A stretch of DNA of 64,000 bases, taken from assembly GCA_021781335.1 (NCBI GenBank), contig JAJXXA010000036.1:1246-65245 (forward strand), written 5' to 3'. The DNA comes from Actinomycetes bacterium (GTDB lineage: Bacteria > Actinomycetota > Acidimicrobiia > Acidimicrobiales > RAAP-2). The notes under the pieces were generated by a model, which was not told the DNA's origin, ran no database searches, and worked only from the letters and a program-made list of their open reading frames with translations. Position numbers and translations under genes: made by a program. Shown here piece by piece: positions 20,666 through 32,181 of this stretch; within the stretch, counting starts at the first letter, position 1; each line of letters starts with the position of its first letter.

Positions 20666-21502
20666 CTAGAGAAGTGCTGCGCTGAGCTCATCGCGCCAGC
20701 GACGAGCGGCATCTCGAAGCGCTGAACGCTCGGGTCCGCGCTCGAGAATCGATCTACCCACGTTGACCAGGACTGTTCCGAGTGGGCACCGATCGAATAG
20801 TCGAGCGACTTGGTCAGAGTTCGCTCCTTGGGCGCCCACGCCCGGGACGAGGTAGGGACCGGCGAGTGCCGGCAGATCAAATTCCGGTCGCTCCCGCGTG
20901 GCCCCGAGCACCACGCCGAGCGAGCCGAGACCATCGTGTTGCGCATTGAGCGCCGCAACGCTTTGAAGCACGAGGGCCTCGACACTCACGTCGTCCGCCG
21001 TTCGCGCGCGTTGTATCTGGCGACCTTCTGCGTTCGAGGTCGCCGAAAGTACGAAAGCACCGCGCCCACTCTCGTGGGCGCGACGAAAGAACGGGGTCAA
21101 TGACTCAATACCAAGGAACGGACTAAGAGTGAGCGCATCGACGCGAAGAGGCGAAGCGTCGCCCAACCACGCTTCGGCGTACCCCTCGTTCGTCGAGCCG
21201 ATGTCGCCGCGCTTGACGTCGGCGATGACCATCACGTTGGCGTCACGGGCGTCCTCGAGCAATCGCTCAAGTACGCGATACCCTTCGGACCCGAAGCGCT
21301 CGAAGTACGAGACCTGGGGTTTGACTACGGCCGCGGTGTCGAGCACCGCCTCGAGAACGGCGAGTGAAAAGAACTCCAGTCCGTCCACCGAGTCAACGCG
21401 TCCCCACTTCTCGATCATCGTCGCGCTGGGGTCGATGCCGACACACAGTGGGCCGAGGTCACGGATGCGCTCTTGTAGACGCACGCCGAATGATTCATTC
21501 AT
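20666..21502 (-). CDS. pyrF: Orotidine-5'-phosphate decarboxylase
   Basis: LCVGIDP, KPQVSYFE, DVKRGDIGST, LVPGVGAQG. Confidence 0.96.
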   Translation of the reverse strand: MNESFGVRLQERIRDLGPLCVGIDPSATMIEKWGRVDSVDGLEFFSLAVLEAVLDTAAVVKPQVSYFERFGSEGYRVLERLLEDARDANVMVIADVKRGDIGSTNEGYAEAWLGDASPLRVDALTLSPFLGIESLTPFFRRAHESGRGAFVLSATSNAEGRQIQRARTADDVSVEALVLQSVAALNAQHDGLGSLGVVLGATRERPEFDLPALAGPYLVPGVGAQGANSDQVARLFDRCPLGTVLVNVGRSILERGPERSALRDAARRWRDELSAALL

Positions 21503-22403
21503 GAGCAACTCCGACCAGTTCTTGGATTGTGTCGACGTGGTGTCGATCGAGCCATTTGCGCGCGCCACGCTGTACGAGCCACGGTGCGCGGGGATTGGCG
21601 AAACTCGCCGTGCCGACCTCAACGGCATTGGCACCCGCCATCACCATAGCGAGCGCGTCCTCACCCGTGCTGACGCCCCCAACGCCGACGATGGGCGTCT
21701 CGGGGAACGCCTCTCGGCATTCGAACACCGCGCGGAGTGCAACGGGCAGTATGGCGGGTCCGCTCACGCCTCCCCCACCGTTGCCGAGGACTGCGCGACG
21801 AGTCTCGATGTCGATGGCGAGACCGAGCACGGTGTTCACGAGCACCAGAGCACTCGCACCCGCTTCGAGCGCGGCGGCGGCGATGGCTACCAGATCCGGG
21901 GTGTTCGGACTCAATTTCACCCACAAGGGCACGTCGGCAATGAGAGACGCCGCGACGACTCCACGCGTGGCCTCAGCGGAATGGGCGAAGATCTGCGATC
22001 GACTTTCAAGGTTGGGGCAACTCGCGTTCACCTCAAGGGCCACAATGTTGGCGCCTCGCATCATCGCGGCGGCCTGCGCAAACTCGCCCACGTTACGGCC
22101 CCAGATGGAGCCCACGACGCTCGCGCCGCGGCGCTCGAGGGCCGGTAGATCCTCTCGTCGCCACCGCTCCACACCCGGGCCGGCGAGACCCACCGCGTTC
22201 AGCATGTGCGACCCCGACGCCGTGACGCGCGGTGGCCGGTTGCCCTCCCACTCGAAGGCCGCCAGTGATTTCGTGACGACGGCCCCCAGTTCTGAGAGTT
22301 CGCCGTACGCGCTCAGTTCATCGCCGTGACCCGCGGTCCCTGAGGCGGTCATGACAAAGGAACGAAGGGCGACATCGCCCACGCGCGTGCGAAGGTCGCT
22401 CAC
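21495..22403 (-). CDS. pyrD: Dihydroorotate dehydrogenase, class 1B catalytic subunit
   Basis: [42 protein letters not shown]. Confidence 0.95.
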   Translation of the reverse strand: MSDLRTRVGDVALRSFVMTASGTAGHGDELSAYGELSELGAVVTKSLAAFEWEGNRPPRVTASGSHMLNAVGLAGPGVERWRREDLPALERRGASVVGSIWGRNVGEFAQAAAMMRGANIVALEVNASCPNLESRSQIFAHSAEATRGVVAASLIADVPLWVKLSPNTPDLVAIAAAALEAGASALVLVNTVLGLAIDIETRRAVLGNGGGGVSGPAILPVALRAVFECREAFPETPIVGVGGVSTGEDALAMVMAGANAVEVGTASFANPRAPWLVQRGARKWLDRHHVDTIQELVGVAHE

Positions 22404-25400
22404 CGATGCAGCTCCTGGAGTGAATGCACACGCCACCCTCGAGCGCGCGTGTCGGCGATTCCCTTAGCGGCGGCGAACGCCGCAGCCATGGTCGTCAGAC
22501 ACGGCACGGCGTGGACCACGCAGGTGGTACGGATCGACGAGCCGTCGGCGCGTGCACCACCACCCGAAGGCGTATTGACGACAAGTTGGACATCACCCGA
22601 CTGGATAAGCGAGACCGCATCGACGCCCATGTCCGCGAGTCCGATCTTACCGACGAGCAGGTCGACGCCTACGCCGTTGCTTCGAAGGTACCCGGCGGTG
22701 CCCACTGTTGCAGCGATCCTGAAGCCCAGCGCCTCAAGTTGACGAGCGAGGTCGAGTCCTTGCACTTTGTCGCGATCGGCGAGCGACAAGAACACCCGTC
22801 CCGCGTCGGGCAAGCGCGTTCCCGCGGCCAATTGCGCCTTCGCGAAAGCGATACCGAAACTCTCACCGATCCCCATCACCTCTCCGGTCGAGCGCATCTC
22901 AGGTCCTAGCACCGTGTCCACGCCCGGAAAGCGGCTGAAGGGCAGCACGGCTTCTTTGACGCTCACGTAGTCGGGTCGCGGTGTCGCCGCAGGCACCAGG
23001 TGCAATGAACGCAAGTCCTCGAGTGACTGGCCCATCATCACGCGCACTGCGATCTGAGCGAGCGCCACACCGGTCGCTTTGGCCACGAACGGCACTGTGC
23101 GGCTCGCGCGTGGATTGGCCTCGAGGACATAGACGAGACCGTCCTTCACCGCATACTGCACGTTTATCAACCCGACGACGCCGAGCGCAGTTGCGATCTT
23201 GCGGGTGTAGTCGCCAATGGTCTCGAGCACCTCTTCCTCGAGCGTCTGAGGCGGAAGGGTGCAGGCGGAGTCACCCGAATGCACGCCCGCTTCTTCAACA
23301 TGCTCCATAACGCCAGCGATGAAGATCTCACCCGTCCCGTCTCGCACCGCGTCGACGTCCACCTCGATGGCGTCTTCAAGAAAACTGTCGAGCAGGATCG
23401 GCCGACTCTGTGACACACCACCCTCTCGCGCGAGTGACCCGTGGGCGCTCGTCAGGTCCGTCATCACCCGCTCGAGCGCGACCTCGTCATAGACAATCTC
23501 CATCGCGCGTCCGCCGAGCACGTAGCTCGGTCGAACCAACACCGGATACCCGATGCGCTTGGCGACCTTCTTCGCCTGCGCCAAGGTCAGCACCACATCA
23601 CCGGGTGGTTGGAGCAACCCGAGAGAGTGACAGATCGCCGACCAGCGCTCACGGTCTTCGGCGGCGTCAATCGACGCCACTGGTGTTCCGAGCACGAGGG
23701 CGTCATCGAGAGAATGCGACAGCTTGAGTGGAGTCTGACCACCCAGGGACACGATCACGCCCGCCACCTTCGCTCCGTGGGCGCACGCCGCTTGCTCGGC
23801 GAGAATCACCTCGGCGAGGTCCTCGGGGGTCAAGGGTTCGAAGTAGAGGCGGTCCGAGGTCGAATAGTCGGTCGAGACCGTTTCGGGGTTGCAGTTCACC
23901 ATGACTGTCTCGTAGCCCATGTCGCGAAGCGCGATCGCCGCGTGCACACAGCAGTAGTCGAATTCAATACCTTGACCAATCCGATTAGGTCCCGAGCCGA
24001 GGATGACCACTCGATCACGATCAGAGGTCGCCACCTCAGTGGTGTCGTCGTAGGTGCTGTAGTGATAGGGCGTCGACGCCTCGAATTCTGCCGAACAGGT
24101 GTCCACCGTCTTAAAGACGGTGGCGACTCCTGCGCTGCGCCGTAGCGAGGTGACAGAGCTCGTGTCGGTTCCGGTGAGCATGGCAATCTGAGGGTCCGAG
24201 AACCCCCACTGCTTGTAGTGCAACCACGCACCCCTATCCATCGTTTCGAGGTCGACCCCCGCGAGGAGCTCGCGCTCGCGTTGGACGATCTGGTCGAGCT
24301 GGTGCAAGAACCAGAGATCGATGCGTGTTCGTTGCGCGAGCTCATCGATCGACACCCCACGCCACAACGCCTCGTGCAGCGCGTACAGGCGCTCGGGTGT
24401 CGCCACCTCACATCGATGCCACAGCGTTGCGGTGTCCAACGTCGCAAACTCAGAATTCGGGCCCAGAGCGAAGCCCGCCCGGCCCTGCTCCAGCGATCGA
24501 ATCGCCTTTTGTAGTGATTCGGCGAACGTGCGACCGATAGCCATCACCTCACCGACTGATTGCATGCGGGTGCCCAGCTCGGGCTTGGAGCCCGGCAACT
24601 TTTCGAAGGCCCATCGTGGAATCTTGACCACGACGTAGTCAATGACCGGCTCGAAACTGGCCGGGGTCGACTTGGTGATGTCGTTCTCGATCTCATTTAA
24701 CGTATAACCCACCGCCAAGCGCGCAGCGATTCTCGCGATCGAGAATCCCGTTGCCTTGGACGCGAGCGCGCTGGAGCGACTCACCCTCGGGTTCATCTCG
24801 ATGACCAGACGCTCACCGTTCTCAGGATTCACCGCAAACTGGACGTTCGATCCCCCCGTTTCTACTCCGACTCGGCGAAGCACCGCAAAGGCGTCGTCGC
24901 GCATTGCTTGGTATTCAACGTCAGACAACGTCTGAGCGGGCGCCACGGTGATCGAGTCACCGGTGTGCACACCCATGGGGTCGAAATTCTCGATACTGCA
25001 GATCACCACGCAATTGTCTGCCACATCACGCATGACCTCGAGTTCGTATTCCTTCCAACCCGCGATCGATTTCTCCACCAGGATCTCGCCAATGGGCGAT
25101 GCGGCGATGCCCTCTTGGGCCAACCGACGAAACGTGGTCTCGTCGTGGGCAATGCCCGTGCCCGCACCTCCGAGGATGAAACTCGGGCGCACGATGATCG
25201 GCCAGCCAATGCTGTGGGCGATTCGAGTTGCTTCCTCCACGTCGTGCGCGAAACCCGATTCAGGCACCGCGAGACCGATGTCGCCCATCGCCGCTTTGAA
25301 CAATTCACGGTCCTCGGCGGTCGAGATCGCCTCGGGGCGAGCACCAATGACCTCAACGCCAAAGCGCTCAGGGACGCCACGACGAACGAGTTCCATCGTC

Positions 25401-25693
25401 AGGTTCAACGCCGTCTGGCCACCGAGCGTGGGCAAGAGCGCGTCAGGACGCTCGCGTTCGATGATGTCAGTCAGCACGTCCGCGTCAAGCGGCTCGACGT
25501 ATGTCACATCCGCCGTCGCCGGATCGGTCATGATCGTCGCTGGATTGGAGTTGACGAGAATGACCCGATACCCCTCTTCACGCAACACCTGACACGCCTG
25601 GGTCCCCGAATAATCGAACTCGCACGCCTGTCCGATCACGATTGGCCCGGAGCCTATGACCATGATCGATTGAATATCGTTACGTCTCGGCAT
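22400..25693 (-). CDS. carB: Carbamoyl-phosphate synthase large subunit
   Basis: [30 protein letters not shown]. Duplicated ATP-grasp domains. Confidence 0.99.
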   Translation of the reverse strand: MPRRNDIQSIMVIGSGPIVIGQACEFDYSGTQACQVLREEGYRVILVNSNPATIMTDPATADVTYVEPLDADVLTDIIERERPDALLPTLGGQTALNLTMELVRRGVPERFGVEVIGARPEAISTAEDRELFKAAMGDIGLAVPESGFAHDVEEATRIAHSIGWPIIVRPSFILGGAGTGIAHDETTFRRLAQEGIAASPIGEILVEKSIAGWKEYELEVMRDVADNCVVICSIENFDPMGVHTGDSITVAPAQTLSDVEYQAMRDDAFAVLRRVGVETGGSNVQFAVNPENGERLVIEMNPRVSRSSALASKATGFSIARIAARLAVGYTLNEIENDITKSTPASFEPVIDYVVVKIPRWAFEKLPGSKPELGTRMQSVGEVMAIGRTFAESLQKAIRSLEQGRAGFALGPNSEFATLDTATLWHRCEVATPERLYALHEALWRGVSIDELAQRTRIDLWFLHQLDQIVQRERELLAGVDLETMDRGAWLHYKQWGFSDPQIAMLTGTDTSSVTSLRRSAGVATVFKTVDTCSAEFEASTPYHYSTYDDTTEVATSDRDRVVILGSGPNRIGQGIEFDYCCVHAAIALRDMGYETVMVNCNPETVSTDYSTSDRLYFEPLTPEDLAEVILAEQAACAHGAKVAGVIVSLGGQTPLKLSHSLDDALVLGTPVASIDAAEDRERWSAICHSLGLLQPPGDVVLTLAQAKKVAKRIGYPVLVRPSYVLGGRAMEIVYDEVALERVMTDLTSAHGSLAREGGVSQSRPILLDSFLEDAIEVDVDAVRDGTGEIFIAGVMEHVEEAGVHSGDSACTLPPQTLEEEVLETIGDYTRKIATALGVVGLINVQYAVKDGLVYVLEANPRASRTVPFVAKATGVALAQIAVRVMMGQSLEDLRSLHLVPAATPRPDYVSVKEAVLPFSRFPGVDTVLGPEMRSTGEVMGIGESFGIAFAKAQLAAGTRLPDAGRVFLSLADRDKVQGLDLARQLEALGFRIAATVGTAGYLRSNGVGVDLLVGKIGLADMGVDAVSLIQSGDVQLVVNTPSGGGARADGSSIRTTCVVHAVPCLTTMAAAFAAAKGIADTRARGWRVHSLQELHR

Positions 25694-26784
25694 TAGTTGC
25701 TCTCCAAAATTCCTGTGCGAAGCAGTCCCTCGAATCGATCGAAGAGATAGCGCGCATCGTGAGGCCCGGGACCAGCCTCGGGGTGGTACTGCACCGAGAA
25801 GCACCGCTCTTCGCGAGCGGCGATCCCCTCGATCACGCCGTCGTTGAGGTTGACGTGACTCACGGCGCCTTTCGAAAGCGTGCCGGGGGTGACGGCGTAG
25901 TTGTGATTCTGTGCCGTTATCTCAATACGTCCTGTTGCGAGGTCGTGGACGGGGTGGTTGCTGCCGTGATGACCGAACGGCAGTTTGAACGTGCTCGCCC
26001 CCAAGGCGGTGGCGAGCAGCTGATGTCCGAGACAGATGCCAAAGATCGGTAGTCGACCCACGAGCTCACCGATCACCGAGACGTTGCTCGACAACGCGGC
26101 CGGGTCGCCGGGGCCATTCGAGAGAAAGACGCCATCGGGCGCCAGTGAGACGACCTCCGCGGCTGACGTCGTCGAGGGAACCACCGTCACGCGAAATCTC
26201 TCGGCGAGTTGAGAGATCATCGTGGCCTTGATGCCGTAGTCGAACGCCACCACGTGCACGTCACCCGCACCGTAGGACATCATCTCCTTAGTCGAGACCG
26301 TAGCGACCAGGTCGGTCCCATCAGTACCCTTCGCCGCCCTGGCGGCCCCGATCACTGCCTCTCGCGCGCCGTGACCGAATGCGCCGGGCAGTGCACCGTG
26401 GGCTCGCAAGTGGCGAGTGAGGCGTCGCGTGTCGATGCCCGTGATCGCGGGCACGCGATGCGCAACCAGGAAGTCTTCGAGCGAGCCGGACGCGCGCCAA
26501 TTGGATGGCACCTCGCTCAGTTCTCGCGTGACGATCCCTCGACACCAAGGGTGGTTCGCCTCGTCGTCGAGTGGCGTAACGCCGTAATTACCAATATGAG
26601 GGTACGTGAAGGCAATGACTTGACCCGCGTAGCTCGGGTCGGTGATGACTTCTTGATAGCCGCTGAGCGCGGTGTTGAAGACGAACTCGCCCGTCGTGAT
26701 ACCACTGTCGGGCAGGTATCCCGCGGCGTAGCCCTCGAACAGTGTGCCGTCGTTCAAGACAAGCACCGCCGGCGTCCTTCTCAT
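25693..26784 (-). CDS. carA: Carbamoyl-phosphate synthase small subunit
   Basis: [39 protein letters not shown]. Confidence 0.98.
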   Translation of the reverse strand: MRRTPAVLVLNDGTLFEGYAAGYLPDSGITTGEFVFNTALSGYQEVITDPSYAGQVIAFTYPHIGNYGVTPLDDEANHPWCRGIVTRELSEVPSNWRASGSLEDFLVAHRVPAITGIDTRRLTRHLRAHGALPGAFGHGAREAVIGAARAAKGTDGTDLVATVSTKEMMSYGAGDVHVVAFDYGIKATMISQLAERFRVTVVPSTTSAAEVVSLAPDGVFLSNGPGDPAALSSNVSVIGELVGRLPIFGICLGHQLLATALGASTFKLPFGHHGSNHPVHDLATGRIEITAQNHNYAVTPGTLSKGAVSHVNLNDGVIEGIAAREERCFSVQYHPEAGPGPHDARYLFDRFEGLLRTGILESN

Positions 26785-28094
26785 ACGAGTAACCCCTCGT
26801 TCACGATCAACCGTCCTTTCGCCACGGTGCTGCGCACCCGTCCACTGAGCTCTCGCCCGTCATAGGGCGTATTCTTCGCTCGACTCTGAAGGTTCTCTGA
26901 CTGCACGAGCCAGCGCGCGTGGGGGTCAAAGACAACGATGTTGGCGTCCTCACCAGTGACGAGTGCGCCGCCGTGCGCCGACAGACGGTGGCGCGCATCG
27001 CTCCGGCGCAGTTGCGCAATGCGCGCGGGACCACGGCTCAGCACCTCGAACAAGAGCGACGCCACGTCAGGAGTGGCACCGAGCGCTTCAAACGTGAGCG
27101 ACGCGACGTGCTCAAGACCGAGCATCCCGGGCGGTGCTTCATCGAAAGGAAGGTCCTTCAGCTCAGGCGCGTGCGGCGCATGGTCGGTGGCGACCGCATC
27201 GACGAGTCCGGCGCGTAGGGCTTCTCGAAGCGCAAGGACGTCTGGTGCGCCACGTAGAGGCGGATGCACCTTGAAGATCGGATCAAAACCTTCACACGAG
27301 TTCTCGTCGAGCGTGAAGTGGTGTGGCGCGACTTCGAAGGTGACGTCGAGCCCCTCGCGTCGCGCCTGGATCGCCATCGCGACCGAACGTGCCGTTGACA
27401 AGTGTAAAAAGTGCAACGATCCGCCCGTCAGTCGGACCAATTCGATGTCGCGCATGACCATGAGTTCCTCGGCGAGCGCGGGCCGCCCGCCCAAGCCGAG
27501 ACGACTGCTCAGGGGTCCTTCGTTCATCGCGCCGCCCGCCGCCAGCAGTTCATCTTCACAGTGCTGGGCTAATCGGACGCCGAGGGGAGCTGCGTAGGTG
27601 AGGGCGCGTCGCATCAATGATGGGTCCTGCACACCCACGCCGTCGTCAGTGAAGAGTCGTACCCCGAGCGCCGCCATCTCGGCCATTGGCGCCAACTTCT
27701 CTCCCTCACGTCCGACCGTGATGGCGCCCGCGACCGCGATGTCGAGCGGCGTACGCGCACCTTGCTCGAGCACGTAGGCCACGAGCGCAGCGTTGTCGAG
27801 CGGCGGCTCAGTATTGGGCATCGCCACTAGCGCAGTGAACCCTCCCACCGCTGCCGCTCGAGCACCGCTCTCAATCGTCTCTGCCTCTTCTCGACCCGGC
27901 TCACGTAGATGCGTATGCAGATCAACGAATCCGGGCCCCACCCAACAACCCTCTGCGTCGATCTCAACCGCGTGCGAGGGCGTTTCGCCAACGTCACCCG
28001 TCGCCGCAATCACTCCATCGACGATAAGGACGTCACCGACTTCAACGGAGTCCTCGCCAACGATGTAGCCATTTCGTATTACCAAGGAGCTCAT
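26781..28094 (-). CDS. pyrC: Dihydroorotase
   Basis: DLHTHLREPG, AMPNT, QHCED, ATDHAPH. Confidence 0.97.
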   Translation of the reverse strand: MSSLVIRNGYIVGEDSVEVGDVLIVDGVIAATGDVGETPSHAVEIDAEGCWVGPGFVDLHTHLREPGREEAETIESGARAAAVGGFTALVAMPNTEPPLDNAALVAYVLEQGARTPLDIAVAGAITVGREGEKLAPMAEMAALGVRLFTDDGVGVQDPSLMRRALTYAAPLGVRLAQHCEDELLAAGGAMNEGPLSSRLGLGGRPALAEELMVMRDIELVRLTGGSLHFLHLSTARSVAMAIQARREGLDVTFEVAPHHFTLDENSCEGFDPIFKVHPPLRGAPDVLALREALRAGLVDAVATDHAPHAPELKDLPFDEAPPGMLGLEHVASLTFEALGATPDVASLLFEVLSRGPARIAQLRRSDARHRLSAHGGALVTGEDANIVVFDPHARWLVQSENLQSRAKNTPYDGRELSGRVRSTVAKGRLIVNEGLLV

Positions 28095-29077
28095 ATCGAT
28101 CCGTCTTTCTTCAGCCCCGCCATACTCAAAAAGAGCGTCGCCATCCGCACTGGCACGCCGTTCGATACCTGTCGAGCAATGGCGGCTGTGGGGAGATCGG
28201 CAACTCTCGAATCGATCTCGACGCCGCGATTCATCGGTCCGGGATGCATGATGATGGTCTCGGGGCGTAGCATGCGAGCCCGCTCGACGGTGAGACCGAA
28301 CGTAGACGTGAATTCCGCGAGGCTTGGCACAAGTGAACCGGACCCCCGTTCACGTTGTAGTCGAAGCAGGCCAACGACATCCGCCCACTGCAGCGCTTCG
28401 TCGAAATCGTCGGCTACTGTGACCGGCCACTTCGTCATGTCGGGCGCCAATAAGGTGCCGGGCGCAGCTACCTTGACCTCGGCGCCCAGGGCCGTGTAGG
28501 CGTGGATGTCGCTGCGTGCGACTCGGCTATGTCGAACGTCACCGACGATCAGGACGTGAAGTCCTTTGAACAACTCGGCGCCGGACTCGAGTCCGCTCGT
28601 AGCGTGCCGCTCGGCGAGGATCTGGCGAACCGTGAAGGCATCGAGCAAGCCCTGTGTCGGATGTTGGTGTTGGCCGTCGCCAGCGTTGATCACACGAACA
28701 TGAGGTACGTACCGACTCACCTGCACGGCCGCCCCGCTCGAACTATGACGCATCACAACCGCGTCGATCCCGAGCGCGTCGATGGTCGAGATCGTGTCTC
28801 GCAACGACTCGCCCTTCTTCACGCTGCTCGAGGCCACCGCGAGTGAGAGCACGTCGGCGCTCAGTCGCTTTGCGGCGGTCTCGAAGCTCAAGCGGGTGCG
28901 GGTTGATTCTTCGAAGAACAAAGAGGCGACCACATGACCCTTCAGGGCGGGGACCTTCTTCACCGAGCGGCGCTGGACCTCAACAAAAGACTCCGCGGTA
29001 TCGAGGATCTCAACGATGGCCCGACTGCTCAGGTCATCGAGGGTCAACAGATTCTGCCCACGTATCGAATCAATCAC
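28091..29077 (-). CDS. pyrB: Aspartate carbamoyltransferase
   Basis: FFEESTRTRLSFE, INAGDG.HQHPTQ, HPGPMNRG. Confidence 0.98.
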   Translation of the reverse strand: MIDSIRGQNLLTLDDLSSRAIVEILDTAESFVEVQRRSVKKVPALKGHVVASLFFEESTRTRLSFETAAKRLSADVLSLAVASSSVKKGESLRDTISTIDALGIDAVVMRHSSSGAAVQVSRYVPHVRVINAGDGQHQHPTQGLLDAFTVRQILAERHATSGLESGAELFKGLHVLIVGDVRHSRVARSDIHAYTALGAEVKVAAPGTLLAPDMTKWPVTVADDFDEALQWADVVGLLRLQRERGSGSLVPSLAEFTSTFGLTVERARMLRPETIIMHPGPMNRGVEIDSRVADLPTAAIARQVSNGVPVRMATLFLSMAGLKKDGSI

Positions 29078-29640
29078 GACGACTCCTCACTGCCAATCCA
29101 CACTCCATCGAGATTCGCAAGGATCGCCTCGTGCTGCGAAGTGGGTAGGTTCTTGCCCACAAAGTCAGGGCGGATCGGCAATTCTCGATGTCCGCGGTCG
29201 ATCATGACCACAAGCTGGATCGACGTGGGACGACCCCACTCCGCCAAAGCGTTGAGTGCTGCACGGATGGTGCGTCCCGTGAAGAGCACGTCATCGACCA
29301 GGATGACCGTCCGGCTATCCAGATCCACTGGTATCGACGTCGTGGAGGCGTCGCGCAGGGGGTTCGTGCTGAGGTCATCTCGGTAGAACGCGATGTCGAG
29401 CGAACCCAGCGAGACCGGGGTCTCGCCAATTCGATCCAGTTCGTCAGCCAAGCGTTTTGCGAAGGCGATGCCGCCCGTCTGGAGTCCGATGACCACCAAC
29501 TCTTCGCCATGACAATTTCGCTCGAGTACCTCATGAGCGATGCGGCGAAGAGCTCTCGCAACGTCGTCGGCACTCAACAATTGGGCGCGCGGGATAAATG
29601 AACCGTGCCGAGATGCGTCAGGGCTTCCTACCTCGGTCAC
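29074..29640 (-). CDS. pyrR: PyrR regulator / uracil phosphoribosyltransferase
   Basis: LRRIAHEVLE, LDIAFYRDD, LVDDVLFTGRT, DRGHRELPIRPDFVGKN. GGAGG SD precedes GTG 29640. Confidence 0.96.
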   Translation of the reverse strand: MTEVGSPDASRHGSFIPRAQLLSADDVARALRRIAHEVLERNCHGEELVVIGLQTGGIAFAKRLADELDRIGETPVSLGSLDIAFYRDDLSTNPLRDASTTSIPVDLDSRTVILVDDVLFTGRTIRAALNALAEWGRPTSIQLVVMIDRGHRELPIRPDFVGKNLPTSQHEAILANLDGVWIGSEESS

Positions 29641-29656
29641 TTCATCCTCCCGCCGT

Positions 29657-29704
29657 ACGAGCCTCACTGGACCCGCTTCACGACTTCTCTCGGACAGATT
29701 AGCA
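29657..29704 (-). promoter_or_regulatory. pyr promoter (TGcTAATCT) and PyrR-binding stem-loop
   Basis: GCGGGTCCAGTGAGGCTCGT (29676-29657) matches the PyrR loop consensus RUCCNGNGAGGYU. Confidence 0.75.
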
Positions 29705-29733
29705 GTCGTGGGCGCCACGCACCCGACACGGGA

Positions 29734-30663
29734 CTAACCCTGGTCGAGCACCGATGCGGGCGAGCCCTCGCGAGACCTCGCTGCGCTGATCACCTGCACC
29801 TCATTGCGATGGGTGATGCGGTCAATGACACCGCTCAGGGAGCCTTCTGCGTTGATCGCGCGACGGATGATGATGCCAAGTACCGGCGCCGCCCAGAAGT
29901 CTCCGCACACCCACAAGATTGCGGCACCGATCTGCTGGTCAGCAAACGGCGGGAAACTCACACCGGGTACGTGCTGGTATGACGAATACCAACTGACATT
30001 CGTGAAAATGCTCATCGCCATCGCAAGAAAGGTCATAACGACATTTGTCCCGAGGATGGCGCCGACCTGCCAGACCGCACTCTGTCTCGGCTTCATGGGG
30101 AACGAACGAATGATCTGCAGCCAGAACAACACACCCGTCACAAAGAAACTGCCGTGCATCAAAACGATGTGAACGAAACTATTACGTTCGGCCAGATTGA
30201 ACCACGAAGGAATGTGCCACACCAACATCGCGGCATTAAACGACAGCAGGGCGACCCAAGGATTCCTGACAATTCGTCCAAGCATGCGAAAACCACTGGC
30301 CTTAGAACTCAGGTAAAAGAATCGACCCAGCGACCGACGGGCCCGCACCGGTAGCGCGAATTGCAGCGGTATCCACGGCGCACCCGCCACAACGAGAACG
30401 GGGGCCGCGAACGAGATCAAGAGGTGCTCGACCATGTGCACAGAAAAGTAACTGGATGACCAGTAGTCAATTGGCGACTCGACCGCGATGAGCAGGACTA
30501 GCAATCCCCCGTAAAAGAGCCACGATCGTCGTCGTCGCTCGCGCACTCGCGACGCACGCGAGCGCTCACGTAGTCGTCGAAGTCCGAGCTCGTGAAGAAA
30601 GACTGTGACGACAACCCCGACGAGAGCGGGGTCGAAAGACCAGTGCGCAAAAAGGTAGTTCAT
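29734..30663 (-). CDS. ctaG: Cytochrome c oxidase assembly factor, caa3-type CtaG family
   Basis: ESPIDY..FSVHMVEHLL, WHIP, HIVLMHGSFF, DQQIGAAILWV. Multi-TM. Confidence 0.85.
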   Translation of the reverse strand: MNYLFAHWSFDPALVGVVVTVFLHELGLRRLRERSRASRVRERRRRSWLFYGGLLVLLIAVESPIDYWSSSYFSVHMVEHLLISFAAPVLVVAGAPWIPLQFALPVRARRSLGRFFYLSSKASGFRMLGRIVRNPWVALLSFNAAMLVWHIPSWFNLAERNSFVHIVLMHGSFFVTGVLFWLQIIRSFPMKPRQSAVWQVGAILGTNVVMTFLAMAMSIFTNVSWYSSYQHVPGVSFPPFADQQIGAAILWVCGDFWAAPVLGIIIRRAINAEGSLSGVIDRITHRNEVQVISAARSREGSPASVLDQG

Positions 30664-30767
30664 CTCATACCTCTACGTCGGCTCGTGCGCGTTGCGCAGT
30701 GCGACACCCGGCCGCGATTCGATGAGCCCATCATTCCTCGTCCCCTAGCTCAGGTGCGAGCCTACTG

Positions 30768-31166
30768 TCAGCGCGGTGCGTCATCACCAGTTCCGAGCGT
30801 TCTGTCGTGAGCTTCTTGAGCGGCCGCGAGATCGCGCTGACGCTCCTCCCACGCGGCGAGCATGGAGTTGAATTGGGGTGCGACTGCGGGCTTGTCGGAG
30901 CCACGCTTTCGCGTCTTTTGTCGGTCGGGATGCAAAATATTCCACCACATGTACACCGCGAACACACCAAGCAGGGGCCACTCAAAGACGTAGGCCCAAC
31001 TGAGGCCGTTGCCCCCCAAGGCGCGCTTGAGTTCAAACCAAAACGCGAGTCCACAAAAGGCCAGTCCTCCAACCAACATCGCGTGCGCGCGAAGAGCCGC
31101 CGCACCCTCGAGCCGCTGGGGATCGTTCACCGTCGAGTCAGAACCTGTCTCGTTGACGCCAGCCAT
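30768..31166 (-). CDS. Small two-TM membrane protein, paralog of 38363-38683
   Basis: ELKRALGGNGLSWAYVFEWP motif shared with the paralog. TATTGT -10 lies 6 nt before ATG 31166. Confidence 0.75.
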   Translation of the reverse strand: MAGVNETGSDSTVNDPQRLEGAAALRAHAMLVGGLAFCGLAFWFELKRALGGNGLSWAYVFEWPLLGVFAVYMWWNILHPDRQKTRKRGSDKPAVAPQFNSMLAAWEERQRDLAAAQEAHDRTLGTGDDAPR

Positions 31167-31317
31167 CGGCTCACAATACCGCGACACCGGTCCATTGCGG
31201 ACAAAATTCTGGTGCAAATTCGCGACCAACATGCCCCTAATTACCGGGCGCAGGGTTCGGCCCTGCGCAGTGAAGCGACCAGTAGAGTTGCATCCAATCA
31301 AGGGAGCATGTCGATCA

Positions 31318-32181
31318 ATGACGACCAACCACGATGAGGCACTTCCCTCGGAACCGCGACTCTCCGAAGCGGAGCGTGCCGCGGCCTTCACAAAACATCA
31401 ACCCGTCGATCGAGCGGCAGCGTTTCGTGCGGGTCGCGCACCGGTCCCAATGAAATTCATTATGTGGATGACGGTCGTGTTCGTCGTGCTCGGTCTCGGC
31501 GGGGCTCTCGTCGAGCACTATTTCGGCGGCATCGGCGTCACGACGACCCCCACCACCGTCTTCAAACTCCCGGCAACACCGAAAAGTCCATCGGGACCCG
31601 AGATCTCGGCGTCGCTTCCCGCACTGATGGGTCTCAAGTACATCGCGCACGCCAGTGCACCTTCGTTCACTCTCACAAACCAGTACGACAAGCCGTGGGG
31701 GTTGCGAGACGCCCGAGGAGACGTAGTGGTGCTGACGTTCGAGAACTCGACGTGCAATGACATTTGCCCCGTGTTGGGCGCAGAGATCAGACTCGCCCAA
31801 CAAAGGCTCGGGGTAAATGCTTCAAAGGTCGACTTCGCGATCGTCAACAGTGACCCTAAAAACCTCGCAGTGAGGACTCGACCGCCAGCACTCGTACGCC
31901 CCGGCTTGGCGGCCCTTCCTCACGTCTACTTCCTGACGTCAACATTGGCACGCCTTAACAGAGTGTGGTCCAACTACGGTGTCAGCGTGCGAGTCGGAAC
32001 TACCGCGAATCAAGTGACCCACAACGACGTGATGTATTTCATCGGGACCAAAGGACAACTGGCGGCACTCGCCACGCCCTTCGCCAACGAGAACACCCAG
32101 GGCGTCTTCTCACTACGCCCCGTCGACATAGCTCATTTCGCGCAGGGAATTTCAAACACGGCCAGTAGTCTTGTCAAATGA
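31318..32181 (+). CDS. SCO1/SenC copper chaperone, membrane-anchored
   Basis: One TM, then thioredoxin-like domain with APSFTLTNQ, CNDIC (CxxxC) and distal His (VTHND). Confidence 0.9.
   Translation: MTTNHDEALPSEPRLSEAERAAAFTKHQPVDRAAAFRAGRAPVPMKFIMWMTVVFVVLGLGGALVEHYFGGIGVTTTPTTVFKLPATPKSPSGPEISASLPALMGLKYIAHASAPSFTLTNQYDKPWGLRDARGDVVVLTFENSTCNDICPVLGAEIRLAQQRLGVNASKVDFAIVNSDPKNLAVRTRPPALVRPGLAALPHVYFLTSTLARLNRVWSNYGVSVRVGTTANQVTHNDVMYFIGTKGQLAALATPFANENTQGVFSLRPVDIAHFAQGISNTASSLVK

Noticed and set aside
21495-22403. Class 1B pyrD without adjacent pyrK; also no rsmB between fmt and rpe and no pepQ before efp
   Set aside because: These genes are variably present in such operons and may lie elsewhere, which one window cannot show.
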